Source: Alphaproteobacteria bacterium (GTDB taxonomy: Bacteria > Pseudomonadota > Alphaproteobacteria > SP197). Taken from it: DNA of 64,000 nucleotides. Under the pieces are notes generated by a model. It had not been told where the DNA came from and ran no database searches. It was given only the letters and a program-made list of their open reading frames with translations. This document shows, piece by piece, positions 28,901 to 38,737 of the stretch; the first letter of the stretch is position 1, and each line of letters opens with the position of its first letter. The DNA lies in assembly GCA_964291415.2 (NCBI GenBank), contig OZ219918.1:288001-352000 (forward strand). The letters run 5' to 3'. A program made the position numbers and the translations under genes.

Positions 28901-29637
28901 GCCGCCGGCTCCTTGAGACTCTGGCTGTAGAGCGGCAGCGGGTTGAGCCCTTCGTCGGCCAGGGCACGGACGAGGGCGTCGACCGGGCGGGTGTCGCCGG
29001 CCTGGACCAGGGCCCGGTAGAAGTGGACGAGCGCCACGTCCCTTTCGGATGTCCAGCGGCCGGGGAATGTGTCTCCGGCCACGTCCCCCTCGCCGGGCCA
29101 GTAGTATCCTGCCCGCGGAAACATCACGGGCGCTCCGGCCGCCTCTTCGTGGCCGGCCAGCGCTGCAGCATGAACGAGGAGGTTGTCGGCGTTTTCCCTG
29201 CCGCCGTGAATCAGGTAGCTCCACAACCGGCCATAGTCGTCGTCGCCGACAGTCGAGAGACGGCGAAGCTCCCCGTCCTGCCGGTCATCTCCGGGCAGCA
29301 GGGCGAGCGCGATGCCGTGCTGTCTGGCAGCGGCGGCGATTTCATCGATGCCGTAACGCCAGTAGGAGGCGCCGCCAAGCAGGCGCACGATGACCATGCG
29401 CGCCGGCACGATGATGGCCTCGACGTACGTGTCCACCGACAGGTGGTGGCCGAGCTGGAGGATGTTGGCGAGGCGCACCGCGGGTGAACCAGGAGGACGC
29501 CGGGCGGCTGCTGCCGCCAGCATGGCGAGTTCCGTGTCGGCGGCGGAAAGAACGATGATGTCACCGGGGGTCTGACCGAGATCGAGTGCTTCCGTGCCAT
29601 CCGGAACAACGCCCGGCTGCGTGGTCAGCAGGTGCAT
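25909..29637 (-). CDS. cobN: Cobaltochelatase subunit CobN
   Basis: MHLL start, HLGKHGNLEWLPGK, LPTGRNFYS and EHDLLDSDDYYQFEGG motifs. Confidence 0.96.
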   Translation of the reverse strand: MHLLTTQPGVVPDGTEALDLGQTPGDIIVLSAADTELAMLAAAAARRPPGSPAVRLANILQLGHHLSVDTYVEAIIVPARMVIVRLLGGASYWRYGIDEIAAAARQHGIALALLPGDDRQDGELRRLSTVGDDDYGRLWSYLIHGGRENADNLLVHAAALAGHEEAAGAPVMFPRAGYYWPGEGDVAGDTFPGRWTSERDVALVHFYRALVQAGDTRPVDALVRALADEGLNPLPLYSQSLKEPAAAVLVEETLAAFRPAVIVNATGFAVSSPGADRGPSPFDGAGCPILQAVLSGEAREKWQERTRGLAPRDIAMNVALPEVDGRILARAISFKAPGPRLPETEISVVTHQPVADRVTWTARLAARWARLRRTPSRDRRVAIVLANYPGKDSRLANGVGLDTPASAATIIQAMKDAGYRVDGVPFDGAELIGTLMAGPTNRRAGPSPRRSDVTLSLDSYRERFEALPEDIRRKVLNRWGEPEGDPFVSEGLFHLAIHRWDNLAIGIQPTRGYDIDPAASYHDPDLVPPHAYLAFYMWLSGPFDAHAVIHLGKHGNLEWLPGKALALSSTCFPEAAFAPLPHLYPFIVNDPGEGTQAKRRASAVIVDHLTPPLARAGTYGELETLERLVDEYFEASQTDPRRLEIIATDILTLLASSGLEEDCGITEADDMPARLTKLDGRLCEIKELQIRDGLHIFGRSPEGSLANSSLVALARAPRGDGKGTEQSITRALAHDLALGFDPLDMSPAVPWAGPRPDVLAGLDGGPWRTTGDTLERLESLALALIDGTISPDPCWPATARVLDDVERRLRPALQACGTHEINGLLAGLEGSFVEPGPSGAPTRGRPEVLPTGRNFYSVDTRSVPTPAAWRLGWMSASRLVERHLQDHGEWPRAVALSAWGTATMRTGGDDIAQALALMGVQPSWDAVSGRVTGYEVMPAGVLGRPRVDVTLRVSGFFRDAFPSLIDLVDTAARAVAALDEPADVNPLAAMVRDETAGAGDTAFRRAAARVFGSMPGAYGAGLQALIDSGAWDGRDDLARAYVAWSGYAYGAGAEGEAAHSLLETRLRHVEAVIHNQDNREHDLLDSDDYYQFEGGLAAAVRRASGRQPTVYHNDHSRPDNPRIATLKEEIARVVRGRVVNPKWIAGVMRHGYKGAFEMAATVDYLFGFAATTGAVSDHHFDAIADKWLDNEEVRAFLEEANPGALTDIAERLHEAFRRGLWTPRRNSTIHALETLLTERDIP

Positions 29638-30680
29638 CAGGTTGTCCGGCCACCGACTTCGCTGGCGATGGCGTTCCGGTCCAGCCCGTTGAGACCGATC
29701 ACGACGAGTTCGCTGCGCTTGTCTTCGTCCGGCTCCCACGGCCGGTCATAGTACCTTTCGAACCGTGGCCCCACGCCCTGGATGACGTGGCGCATGGGTT
29801 TGCCGGCAACGTGGAGGAACCCCTTGATGCGCAGGATGTCATGATGCTCCACGGCCTCGATGAGTGATCTCTCCAGGGCTTCGGGGTCCGTGACGCCGTC
29901 GAGGGTGATGGTGAAACTCGTGAAGTCGTCGTGATCGTGATCGTCGTCCTCTCCGTCATGGTGGGAGGGACGGTTGGCCAGATCCTCCTCCGCGGCGGCG
30001 CCGATGCCGAGCATGGCCAGGGGATCGACGACACCACCGGATGCCGCAATCACCCTGGTTCCGGGTCTGCGGTGAGAGTCCACGGTCCGGCGCACCGTTT
30101 CCAGTAGCGCGGCATCGACCAGGTCCGTCTTGTTGAGGACGACCACGTCGGCGCTCAGAACCTGTTCCTCGAACAGTTCCTCGAGGGGGCTTTCGTGATC
30201 GAGGTTGGCATCGTCGCGGCGCAGGCGGTCGACGGCCTTCGGATCGTCCGCGAATCGGCCGTCCGCCACGGCCCTTGCATCGATCACCGCGATGACGCCG
30301 TCGACGGTTGCCCGCGTCTTGACCTCTGGCCAGGTGAAGGCCTTGATCAGCGGCTTGGGCAGGGCGAGCCCGGAGGTCTCGATGATGATGTGTTCCGGGG
30401 GCTCCGGGCGCTCGATCAGCGCACGCATGGTCGGCAGAAAGTCATCGGCAACAGTGCAGCAGATGCAGCCGTTGGCAAGTTCGACGATATCGTCGTCGGC
30501 ACAGGTCTCCAGTCCGCAGCCGCGGATCAGTTCCCGGTCCACCCCGAGGTCCCCGAACTCGTTGATGATGAAGGCGAGCCGACGCCCGGATGCGGCGCCG
30601 ACCAGGTGCCGGATCATGGTCGTCTTTCCGGATCCAAGGAAGCCGGTGAGGACGGTGGCGGGAATCTTGGCGGCGAACAT
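29637..30680 (-). CDS. cobW: Cobalamin biosynthesis metal chaperone CobW (G3E GTPase)
   Basis: GFLGSGKTT, GCICCTVADDF, ETSGLALP, NKTD and a His/Asp-rich stretch. Confidence 0.95.
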   Translation of the reverse strand: MFAAKIPATVLTGFLGSGKTTMIRHLVGAASGRRLAFIINEFGDLGVDRELIRGCGLETCADDDIVELANGCICCTVADDFLPTMRALIERPEPPEHIIIETSGLALPKPLIKAFTWPEVKTRATVDGVIAVIDARAVADGRFADDPKAVDRLRRDDANLDHESPLEELFEEQVLSADVVVLNKTDLVDAALLETVRRTVDSHRRPGTRVIAASGGVVDPLAMLGIGAAAEEDLANRPSHHDGEDDDHDHDDFTSFTITLDGVTDPEALERSLIEAVEHHDILRIKGFLHVAGKPMRHVIQGVGPRFERYYDRPWEPDEDKRSELVVIGLNGLDRNAIASEVGGRTT

Positions 30681-30782
30681 GTCAGCGATCGCCTGGACAT
30701 GCCGCTTCGCTGCGGCAGCGTGATACGTGAATGGACATCTGCCCCTCCCTCCGAGGTGCGCTGGCCTGTTGTGCCGGAACGG

Positions 30783-30955
30783 GGGAGATCTCCTGACTCC
30801 GGGTCATCGATCCAGGGACTCCTTCCCGGCATCATGTGCCAGTGGATGTCGTGTCCCGTGTCTCGCCGTTACAGTTGCGGGGGCAGTGCCGGCCTTGGAT
30901 CCGCTGATCCGCACCGGCTTCCCTCGTCTCGTTCCAGGACTTCGAACCTAGCAGG
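30783..30955 (-). ncRNA. Cobalamin (AdoCbl) riboswitch upstream of cobW
   Basis: The minus strand reads GGTT...AGGGAAGCCGGTG...GCCGGCACTGCCCCCGCAACTGTAA...CCACTGG...CCGGGAAGG...GAGTCAGGAGA (B12 box). Confidence 0.93.
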
Positions 30956-30987
30956 CGTGCAGGGGCGGAACAAGCCGGCGCGGTTGA

Positions 30988-31584
30988 TCACCGGTGCGCG
31001 CTTTGGCCCTTGTCCCGGGAATCCGCGGCCGGCATCGGGGCGTCCGGAGGGGGGCCCTTGAGTACGAGAGGAAGACCGGCTGCCACGAAGATGACGCGTC
31101 CGGCGATGGCGCCGATGCGCTGGTGCATGACTCCCGCCTCGTCGCGGAAGCTGCGGGCAAGCGCGTTTTCCGGGACGATCCCCATCCCCACCTCGTTGGA
31201 GACGAGGACGACCTGGCCGGTGGCCTTGCCGAGCACGTGAAGGAGACCGTCGATATCCCGTTCGGGAGAATGCCCGGATGCCATGACATTGGCGAGCCAT
31301 AGGGTCAGGCAGTCGACGAGAACGGCGGTTTCGGGCGACATCGCGTTGTCGAGAGCGTCTGCCAGGTGGAGGGGCTCCTCGACGGTCGTCCACCCATCGC
31401 CGCGCCGCTGCCGGTGCCGGCGGATGCGTTCCGCCATTTCCGCATCACGGGCTTCAGCCGTGGCGATGTAGCAGGCGGCAAGCCCGGTGGCCTCGATCTG
31501 ATGCTCCGCAAACAGGCTCTTGCCGGAGCGCGCACCGCCGAGCACCAGGCAGACCCCGGTATTGCCATGACACGATGAGGGCAT
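30988..31584 (-). CDS. cobU: Bifunctional adenosylcobinamide kinase / cobinamide-phosphate guanylyltransferase (CobU/CobP)
   Basis: GGARSGKS, EMAERIRRH, VDCLTLWL and SNEVGMGIVP motifs. Start is 31584 or 31590. Confidence 0.93.
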   Translation of the reverse strand: MPSSCHGNTGVCLVLGGARSGKSLFAEHQIEATGLAACYIATAEARDAEMAERIRRHRQRRGDGWTTVEEPLHLADALDNAMSPETAVLVDCLTLWLANVMASGHSPERDIDGLLHVLGKATGQVVLVSNEVGMGIVPENALARSFRDEAGVMHQRIGAIAGRVIFVAAGLPLVLKGPPPDAPMPAADSRDKGQSAHR

Positions 31585-31589
31585 GAGCA

Positions 31590-32035
31590 TACTCCATCAC
31601 GTTGAACTGGCCTTTAGCTCCGATGCCTGTTCGGTCATCGACAAACGCCGGGTCGTACACAGCCGATACCGGTCTCCCGCCAGGCCGAAACCGACGACAC
31701 AGAAGTCCAGTAGGGTATGCCACTTCCGGCCGTTGTGAGGCAATCTCGATGCCTCGATCGGCAGCATCAGGCCGGCCTTGCCCTTGCATACCGCCTCGAA
31801 GAGGGGGCGAAAGATACCATGGCCGGTAGTTCCGAGATCGCGCTCGATGACCGCGGGTACGTGACTACCATGTTCTCGTGCCTGGCACGGCAATTCGTAC
31901 TGAAGAGGCGCTGCTCATCCCTCGACATTGTTGCGGATCAGTCTCTCCGGCTATTGCCGTGCGCAGATACAGTAGGCGATCATCGTTCGGCATCTCCCGG
32001 ACAACTCGAGGCATGTTGAGGTTCGATGCGTCCGA
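31590..32035 (-). pseudogene. Degenerate large serine recombinase (resolvase catalytic domain) fragment
   Basis: RIEPQH / AYCICARQ* / IRNNVE / LQYEL...VIERDLG...VCKGKAG...IEASRLPHNGRKWHTLLDFC / VYDPAFVDDR, with stops and frameshifts. Confidence 0.75.
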
Positions 32036-32163
32036 CATCCCGGGATTCCTTCAAGATGGCTTGAAGGATGTTCAATGGGCGATCCCGGCGGTTGGTGTCG
32101 AACCGTCTTGCGGGAGGCTCCGGTGAAGTGCCATCGTGACGGGAGCACTCTGGAGATTGACCG

Positions 32164-32727
32164 ATGGCGGCGGCAGGTCTCGTTGAGATCGCACCCCCTT
32201 CCTGGGATGTCACGCTCGAACTGGTCTATGCCCGGCCGGACAACTTCACGGGCGCGGCGATCTATGTCCGTCCGCGCTGTTTCCTCGTGGAGGCTGCGGC
32301 AGCTTGTCTCGAACGCGCCATTCACTTCGCTGGTGAGCAGGATCTGCGTCTTGTGGTGACCGATGCCTTCCGCCCCTCGGAGGCACAATGGACGCTGTGG
32401 TCCCATACGCCGGATGAGAGATTCCTCGCCCATCCTGAACGCGGCTCGCCCCACAGCCGTGGCGTGGCCGTCGATGTCACGCTCGAGACCGGCGCTGGAG
32501 AGCGCCTTGACATGGGCGGACCCGTGGATGAACTGACGGAGAACGCGCGTCACGATGCGCCGGGCATCACGTCCGGGCAACGAGCCAACAGGCTCCTTCT
32601 CCTCGGCATCATGACGGCGGCGGGGTTCGACTGGTACAATGTCGAGTGGTGGCATTATCAGTTGTTCGATCCGCGCCGCTGGCCGGTGCTGTCGGACAGC
32701 GAGGCCGGTACCGGCATCATGGCCTGA
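32164..32727 (+). CDS. ddpX: D-alanyl-D-alanine dipeptidase (VanX/DdpX, M15D)
   Basis: DAFRP, Zn motif SPHSRGVAVD and EWWHY. Confidence 0.92.
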   Translation: MAAAGLVEIAPPSWDVTLELVYARPDNFTGAAIYVRPRCFLVEAAAACLERAIHFAGEQDLRLVVTDAFRPSEAQWTLWSHTPDERFLAHPERGSPHSRGVAVDVTLETGAGERLDMGGPVDELTENARHDAPGITSGQRANRLLLLGIMTAAGFDWYNVEWWHYQLFDPRRWPVLSDSEAGTGIMA

Positions 32728-32779
32728 CCGGCACCGGCCGGTTGATCGCCTTGTGTGCGCAGGCATACTGGAGACTGCC

Positions 32780-33835
32780 ATGCGAAATGCACGGATACTT
32801 GCCCTGACAGGGGTCATGTGGTGGGGCGCGATGGCATGCCCGGGGGGCGTCGTGCCGTCGCCGGTGGTGGCGGACGAACCACAGTCCGCGGTGGTGGTCG
32901 TCTATCACCGGTTTGGCGAGGATGCCTATCCCTCCACCAGTGTCACCATCGAGCAGTTTGAACAGCACCTGGCGATACTCGAAGAGGGGGGATACCAGGT
33001 CCTGCCGCTCGAGGACATTGTCAGGGGCCTTGCCGGAGAGCGCGAACTTCCCGACAGGACCGTGGCCATCACCGTCGACGACACCTACCGGTCCATCCTC
33101 ACCGAGGCCATGCCGCGATTTCTTGACCGGGGATTCCCCTTCACCGTCTTCATCAACACCGACGCGGTGAACAACTCCCTGTCCTCGATCAGCTGGGATG
33201 ATATCCGGGCCATGCACGAGGCCGGCGCCGCCATCGGCGCCCAGAGTGCCGGTCATGGCCACATGGCGTTCATGGATCGCGGCAGGATCGAGGAAGACCT
33301 GGCGCGCATGACATCGGATTTCATCAACGAGCTGGGGTTCGTGCCGAAGTTGTTTGCCTATCCTTACGGGGAATTCAGCGCGGAGCTGACGGCCATGCTG
33401 CGCGATGTCGGATACGTTGCCGCCTTCGGTCAGCATTCGGGCGTTGCCGTCGAAGGGGCGAACATGTTCACCCTGCCACGCTTCGCCCTCAACGAGCGCT
33501 TCGGCACACCGGAGAGATTCCGCACCATCGTCGAGGCGCTCCCCATGCCTGTCGCGGGCTCCCTTCCGCTCGACATGGTCATCCGCCGCCACAGTCCCAA
33601 CCCGCCCCACATCGGGTTTACGGTCGCCGAATACGTCGGCGCTCTCGACCGGTTGGCGTGCTTCCCGTCAAACGGCAGCGAGGTCACGCTCGAAATTCTC
33701 GACAGGCGTGTCGAAGTGCGCCTCGACAGACCCTTCCCGCCGGGTCGCAGCCGTGTCAACTGCACCCTTCCGGCGACCGAGGGACGCTATCGCTGGCTGG
33801 GCATTCCGTTTCTCGTTCCAGGTGGCGAGGAGTGA
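32780..33835 (+). CDS. Polysaccharide deacetylase family protein (secreted)
   Basis: Signal peptide, YHRFGE, ITVDD, FAYPYGE and LPRF motifs. Confidence 0.85.
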   Translation: MRNARILALTGVMWWGAMACPGGVVPSPVVADEPQSAVVVVYHRFGEDAYPSTSVTIEQFEQHLAILEEGGYQVLPLEDIVRGLAGERELPDRTVAITVDDTYRSILTEAMPRFLDRGFPFTVFINTDAVNNSLSSISWDDIRAMHEAGAAIGAQSAGHGHMAFMDRGRIEEDLARMTSDFINELGFVPKLFAYPYGEFSAELTAMLRDVGYVAAFGQHSGVAVEGANMFTLPRFALNERFGTPERFRTIVEALPMPVAGSLPLDMVIRRHSPNPPHIGFTVAEYVGALDRLACFPSNGSEVTLEILDRRVEVRLDRPFPPGRSRVNCTLPATEGRYRWLGIPFLVPGGEE

Positions 33836-33967
33836 GCGGCCCTGCCGTTCGGGGCACGCACACAACGGGCTGTCCGATGACATCAGCCTGACTGCTGCAA
33901 GGATCGCCGGGTTCCCCTTCGGGGAGGGGCGCGGCGTTTTGCGGCAAAGACGACCGGTGGGCGGCGG

Positions 33968-34876
33968 TCAGGCCTTCAGGGCGGCGAGGCGTGCGGTGTC
34001 GAAATCGGTGAGACGGTTCTGGTCGATCACCGTGTGCACGTGGCTGATGTAGTCCGGCTCCTCGGCATAGCGGTCAAGCGTGCTGGCGAGTGCGTGACTG
34101 TCGAGAGGTTCCGCGTTCTCCCGCAGTCTGGCGCGCAGGTCGCGAAACGACGCGTAGGCAGGGTGGCGGTTGAGATTGCAGACATAGGCAACCACCGCCG
34201 CCTTGAGGTCGCGGAACGACCGGACCACGTGGGTCTTGTCGGGGTCGCGGTTCCGGGGCACGAGACCGGCGTGGCTGCTCCACGACTTCTGGCCGAAGAC
34301 GGCGTTGCCGTTGCGAGCGAAGCGCGAGGTTCCCCAACCCGATTCGATGGCCGACTGGGCCAGGGCCATGGCAACCGGCACCACGTCGACCCGGCGAAGA
34401 AGGTCGTCGATGTTGCCGCTTTCGACCCCGTAGAACTGGGCCATGTAATCGAGCCATGCCACATCGTTCAGGGACGGGCGGGCGCCTCTTGCGATCAACC
34501 GATCGAGATGCTCGAGACGGCGCCGTTCGGCAAGGATCTCCTCGTTGACCTTGAGGATCAGCGGCAACATGACCTTCAGGAAGATCCTCTTGCGCGCGGC
34601 GACATCGTCGATGAGGTGCATGTCGGAGGGCATGCGACTCACCATGACTCGGGGGACGAAAGCAGTCCGGTGACGGATCCCGTCGATGCTGAGGCCGGCG
34701 GTCGACAGAGCCGCATCGAGGAAGGCGGCGGCGCCGTCGATGTCCGTCACCGCCGCCAGGGCGACCGGACGCTGGGAGGGGAGCGGCACAGTCGTGGCGG
34801 CACCCTCGGACTCGGCGATGGCGTGATTTGACGCCAGGAACGCCAGGCACAGGCAGACTGTGGGAAGGAATCTCAT
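33968..34876 (-). CDS. Bax-like glucosaminidase domain protein
   Basis: LAQSAIESGWGTSRFA, NAVFGQ, NLNRHPAY motifs and a signal peptide. Confidence 0.85.
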   Translation of the reverse strand: MRFLPTVCLCLAFLASNHAIAESEGAATTVPLPSQRPVALAAVTDIDGAAAFLDAALSTAGLSIDGIRHRTAFVPRVMVSRMPSDMHLIDDVAARKRIFLKVMLPLILKVNEEILAERRRLEHLDRLIARGARPSLNDVAWLDYMAQFYGVESGNIDDLLRRVDVVPVAMALAQSAIESGWGTSRFARNGNAVFGQKSWSSHAGLVPRNRDPDKTHVVRSFRDLKAAVVAYVCNLNRHPAYASFRDLRARLRENAEPLDSHALASTLDRYAEEPDYISHVHTVIDQNRLTDFDTARLAALKA

Positions 34877-34932
34877 GGATCCGCGGACCTTCGTGAAGGC
34901 AAGAAGAATGATTGAGGTCGACCCGGAGGCGA

Positions 34933-35481
34933 CTAGAGAACCGGGCGGACCTCCACGACATCGGGGATGTAGTGCTTCAGGAGATTCTCGATGCCCATCT
35001 TGAGGGTCATTGTCGAGCTTGGACAGCCGTGACAGGCGCCCTGCATGGCCAGCGAGACGACCCCGTTCCGGTATGAATGGAACACGATGTCGCCGCCGTC
35101 CTGGGCAACGGCAGGCCTCACTCTGGTATCGAGAAGTTCCTTGATCTGCGCCACGACCTCGCTGTCGGCTTCATCGCTCGCCGGCTCGTCCACGCGGACG
35201 GACATGACGGGAGCACCGGTCACGAAGTGTTCCATGATGACCCCGAGAAGGACCGGCTTCATCATCTGCCAGCCGTTCTCCGGCGATCGTGTCACGGAGA
35301 TGAAATCCCGGCCGAGAAACACGCCGGTCACCCCGGCCACGTCAAACAGACGACGAGCCAGCGGCGATATGTCGGCGGAATCGGAATCCGGAAAGTTCGC
35401 GGTTCCCGAGTCCATGACGGTCCTTCCGGGAAGGAACTTCATGGTCAGCGGGTTGGGTGTGTCTTCAGTCTGGATGAACAC
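34933..35481 (-). CDS. nifU: NifU/NfuA family Fe-S cluster scaffold/carrier
   Basis: MFIQTEDTPNP start (GTG), VRPAVAQDGGDI and GACHGCPSS motifs. Confidence 0.92.
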   Translation of the reverse strand: MFIQTEDTPNPLTMKFLPGRTVMDSGTANFPDSDSADISPLARRLFDVAGVTGVFLGRDFISVTRSPENGWQMMKPVLLGVIMEHFVTGAPVMSVRVDEPASDEADSEVVAQIKELLDTRVRPAVAQDGGDIVFHSYRNGVVSLAMQGACHGCPSSTMTLKMGIENLLKHYIPDVVEVRPVL

Positions 35482-35754
35482 GGTTCGAGCCCGTTTTGTG
35501 TGTTCTCTTGGTTTGTATAGTGGCGATTCGCCCACGGGAGTTCAAGGGCAGAGATGCCGGGGATGGTGGCGACAGCGAGGGACCTGCCCGGGCCGGTGTC
35601 AAGACAACTGTCCGGAGCGCAAGAGCCGCCGAGGGAATCGTGCACGAGAAGCAGACACTTGATCCGAATGCTCCGTGCCAGGAGTATCAACCGCCAGATC
35701 AGGGGCGAGCAGCGTCTGTCGACCTGACGGACATCGACCGGAGACGAGGTTGAC

Positions 35755-36732
35755 ATGGGGGTGATGGAGCGACTGCGCAATGGCGATCTCGTTGTGCTCG
35801 ACGGGGCAACGGGAACGGAACTCGAGGCTCGGGGTTCCCCGCAGTCTTCGGATGCCTCCTGGGCGGAATGTAGCGTCACCAACCCGGATGTCGTACGCGG
35901 CGTCCACGAGGACTATGTGCGATCCGGTGCCGATGTCATCACGACCAACACCTATTCGACCGGTCCGCATGTCTTGCGCCAGATAGGTCGCGAGGACGCC
36001 ATTGCGCCATGGAATCGCGCCTCCGTTGCCATCGCGCGTGATGCCCTTTCCAGCGCTGCCGACGGTCGCGAGGTTCTCGTGGCGGGCTCCGTTTCGGCGT
36101 ACGGAAACGGCGCCATGCGCTACCCGAGCATGGACGGCAGGTTCACCTGGGGCGAAGACGACCCCGACCTTCTGGGCGCCAACTTCCATGAACAGATCAC
36201 CATCCTGGTCGAAGCCGGCGTCGATCTTGTTCTGCTCGAGTTCCTGGGTGCGACTGCAGACGACATCGAGATTGGGGTAGACAGGGCGCTGGCGTTCGAT
36301 CTTCCCGTCGTCGCTTCACTGAGTGCCACCGTGGACGGCGAGGGGAGGGCCGTTCTGACCGCCGTCACGCCACAAAGCGACGTCAGCAGGAGCGGAACGA
36401 CGGCAGCCGAAGCGGTTCGCCGCATCGCCTTCTCCAGCGTCGCGGCAATCTGCGCGATGCATTCCGAAATCGACGAGATCGAGACGATCCTTCCCGCCAT
36501 CCGCTCCGAATGGAGTGGTCCTGTGGGCGCATATCCCAACCGCACCGGGTTCTGGAACGGTCGCCGCTGGGTCTTCACCGAAGAGGTCACGCCCGAGGAC
36601 TACGCCCGCAAGGCCCGCCGCTGGGTCGAACTGGGAGCGAGCATCATCGGCGGCTGCTGCGGCACGACCCCCGCCATGATCGCGGCAACGAGCGCGCGGC
36701 TCCGAGGCGAGAACATGAGCCCATCCCGGTGA
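35755..36732 (+). CDS. Homocysteine S-methyltransferase family protein (second paralogue)
   Basis: VLDGATGTE, VHEDYVRSGADVITTNTY, CAMHS, AYPN and IGGCCG motifs. Confidence 0.88.
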   Translation: MGVMERLRNGDLVVLDGATGTELEARGSPQSSDASWAECSVTNPDVVRGVHEDYVRSGADVITTNTYSTGPHVLRQIGREDAIAPWNRASVAIARDALSSAADGREVLVAGSVSAYGNGAMRYPSMDGRFTWGEDDPDLLGANFHEQITILVEAGVDLVLLEFLGATADDIEIGVDRALAFDLPVVASLSATVDGEGRAVLTAVTPQSDVSRSGTTAAEAVRRIAFSSVAAICAMHSEIDEIETILPAIRSEWSGPVGAYPNRTGFWNGRRWVFTEEVTPEDYARKARRWVELGASIIGGCCGTTPAMIAATSARLRGENMSPSR

Positions 36733-37003
36733 CCCGACGAGAGAGCCATGATGATCCGGCATGCCGACAGCACCTTCCCCTGGCCTACCTGCTGGAAAGG
36801 TTGCAGGCAGTGGCCTTGCACCCCACGACCCCGGAAACCTCTCGGCACGTCCTCGAACCGCAACCGGACTTGACAAGTCCCGACGTTCAATTGCGGGCGC
36901 GTGTCACCTGTCGACTCGAGCCCGGCCATCGGTCGCCTGCCTGTCATCACCGCACGAACGGGGCAGCGGCGATACCCTGTCGCTCGGGCTCCTTGCTGTC
37001 GCC

Positions 37004-38575
37004 CTAGCTCGCTCTCGTGAAGCCTGGCAGGTAGAGACTCGTGCCGTCAGGCCGCAAAACCGGATCGATGTCGTCACGCACAAGAATGGCCGCCAGGCCA
37101 TTGGTGAGAAAGACGTAGGCGCCGGACTCCTCCATCAACTCCTGCATGCGCCGAACGTACCCGGCACGCTTCTCCTCATCGAACTCCGAGAGCTGGAGCT
37201 GATTGAGTTCGCCGTATTCGGGGCTGTTCCACCTCTCCCAGTTCCATACGCCGACCTGCTCGGGCACGAACCACTGCGCCTGGAACGATGGGTCGGGAAG
37301 ACCGCTGTAAAGCTGCAGATACATCTGGATGTCCTTCCAGGTGTCACCCTCGGATTCAAGCCCGAGAGTCCAGAAGGTCCCGTCATCGTACACCAGGATT
37401 TCGACCTCGATGCCGACCTCCGCCAGATTCGCCTGGATCACCTGGGCCATCGTCGTCCACACCGTGGCGTTGAGAATCGTGAGTGTGACCGACATGTCGC
37501 CGACACCGGCCTCGTCCAGCAATGCCCGGGCCTTCTCGACATCGCGGTCGGAGATCAGGTTGCTTTCGCGATGGCCCAGGCTGTTTGCAGCCTGGAATCC
37601 CGTAGCCCGGTCCACGACGCCGAAGAACGCGGCATCGAGGATCTCGGGAACATTGACCGCGTACTGAACGGCCTGACGCACCCGGATATCCCGGAAGTTC
37701 GGGTGGTCGACATTCATGCCCAGCCAATAGTAGTCGAGCGCCGGGAGTTCGATCACGACCGAGCCTTCCGGCGGTTCTGCGCGATAACGCGGCACCGAGC
37801 TGATCGATGCCTTGCAAAGATCGAATTCCCCGGCCTCAAAGGCGAGTTCGGCCGTCTTGTCGTCAGGTACCGGATAGAACACGATTTCGTCGAAGTCCGG
37901 ACGGGGCCCGCTCCACAGATCGTTCCGTCCCAGTGTCAGGCTCTGCGACGGCACCCAGTTCGTCACCCTGTAGGGGCCCGAAGTTGCCGGCATTTCGGTC
38001 TGGATACGCTTGCCCGGCAGCGCCTCGACAGCGGCCTTGCATACGATGACTCCGGAAACCCCCGGAAGAGTCGAACTCCACAAGGGCGCGAAAGGCGCCT
38101 TCATGATGATCGTGCCCGTTCGCTCACCGGTCACCTCGACGCGGTCGAGCAGTGCCCAGTCAGCCTGGTATGGCGACTGGAGCGCGGGATCGAGGATACG
38201 TTCGAAGGAGAACTTGACATCCTCCGCGGTCATGGCTCCGAAACCGTTGGTCCAGCCGAGGTCATTGCGCAGTGCAAAGTTGATGTGGGTATCGTCGATC
38301 TGTTCGATCGATGCGGCAGCATCGAGCTCCCATTCCCACGAAAGGTGCTTCTTCCATCCGATCAGCCCATGCAGTTGCGCGAGATTCACGTTGTATTCGA
38401 AGACCGCAAAGGTATTGGCGGGATCAAGGGTCTGAATGTCGACAACGGAGCGAAGGCGCAGCGTTCCGGCATCATCGGCCCGTGCGCGTCCCGTCATGCC
38501 CGGCAAGGCCGCTGCAAGGCCAAGGCCCGCCCCCGTCTTCATGAGTGTGCGCCTGTTCAGATTCCAGGTTGACAT
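37004..38575 (-). CDS. ABC transporter substrate-binding protein family 5 (Tat-exported), orphan
   Basis: NRRTLMK Tat motif, TAEDVKFSFER, SGPYRV and DIRVRQAV motifs. Confidence 0.9.
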   Translation of the reverse strand: MSTWNLNRRTLMKTGAGLGLAAALPGMTGRARADDAGTLRLRSVVDIQTLDPANTFAVFEYNVNLAQLHGLIGWKKHLSWEWELDAAASIEQIDDTHINFALRNDLGWTNGFGAMTAEDVKFSFERILDPALQSPYQADWALLDRVEVTGERTGTIIMKAPFAPLWSSTLPGVSGVIVCKAAVEALPGKRIQTEMPATSGPYRVTNWVPSQSLTLGRNDLWSGPRPDFDEIVFYPVPDDKTAELAFEAGEFDLCKASISSVPRYRAEPPEGSVVIELPALDYYWLGMNVDHPNFRDIRVRQAVQYAVNVPEILDAAFFGVVDRATGFQAANSLGHRESNLISDRDVEKARALLDEAGVGDMSVTLTILNATVWTTMAQVIQANLAEVGIEVEILVYDDGTFWTLGLESEGDTWKDIQMYLQLYSGLPDPSFQAQWFVPEQVGVWNWERWNSPEYGELNQLQLSEFDEEKRAGYVRRMQELMEESGAYVFLTNGLAAILVRDDIDPVLRPDGTSLYLPGFTRAS

Positions 38576-38737
38576 GATGAACTCCTCCCCTTCTTGGTGA
38601 GACGTGTTGCTCCCATCGGATTCGGAAGTGTTGTTGATGGCACGGTAAGGCCGTTGGTTCAGGGGGGCAACGCGCCGACCCGGGCGAACTGCTGGACCGG
38701 ATCAGTCATCACCGGCTTCCCGGGCCACCGTGGGCCG

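Noticed and set aside
32164-32727. Vancomycin resistance (vanX)
   Set aside because: No vanH/vanA/vanRS neighbours; consistent with housekeeping DdpX.
36733-37003. IS66 transposase C-terminal relic (PLAYLLERLQAVALHP)
   Set aside because: The resemblance is too short and weak, and there are no TIRs or other IS66 parts.
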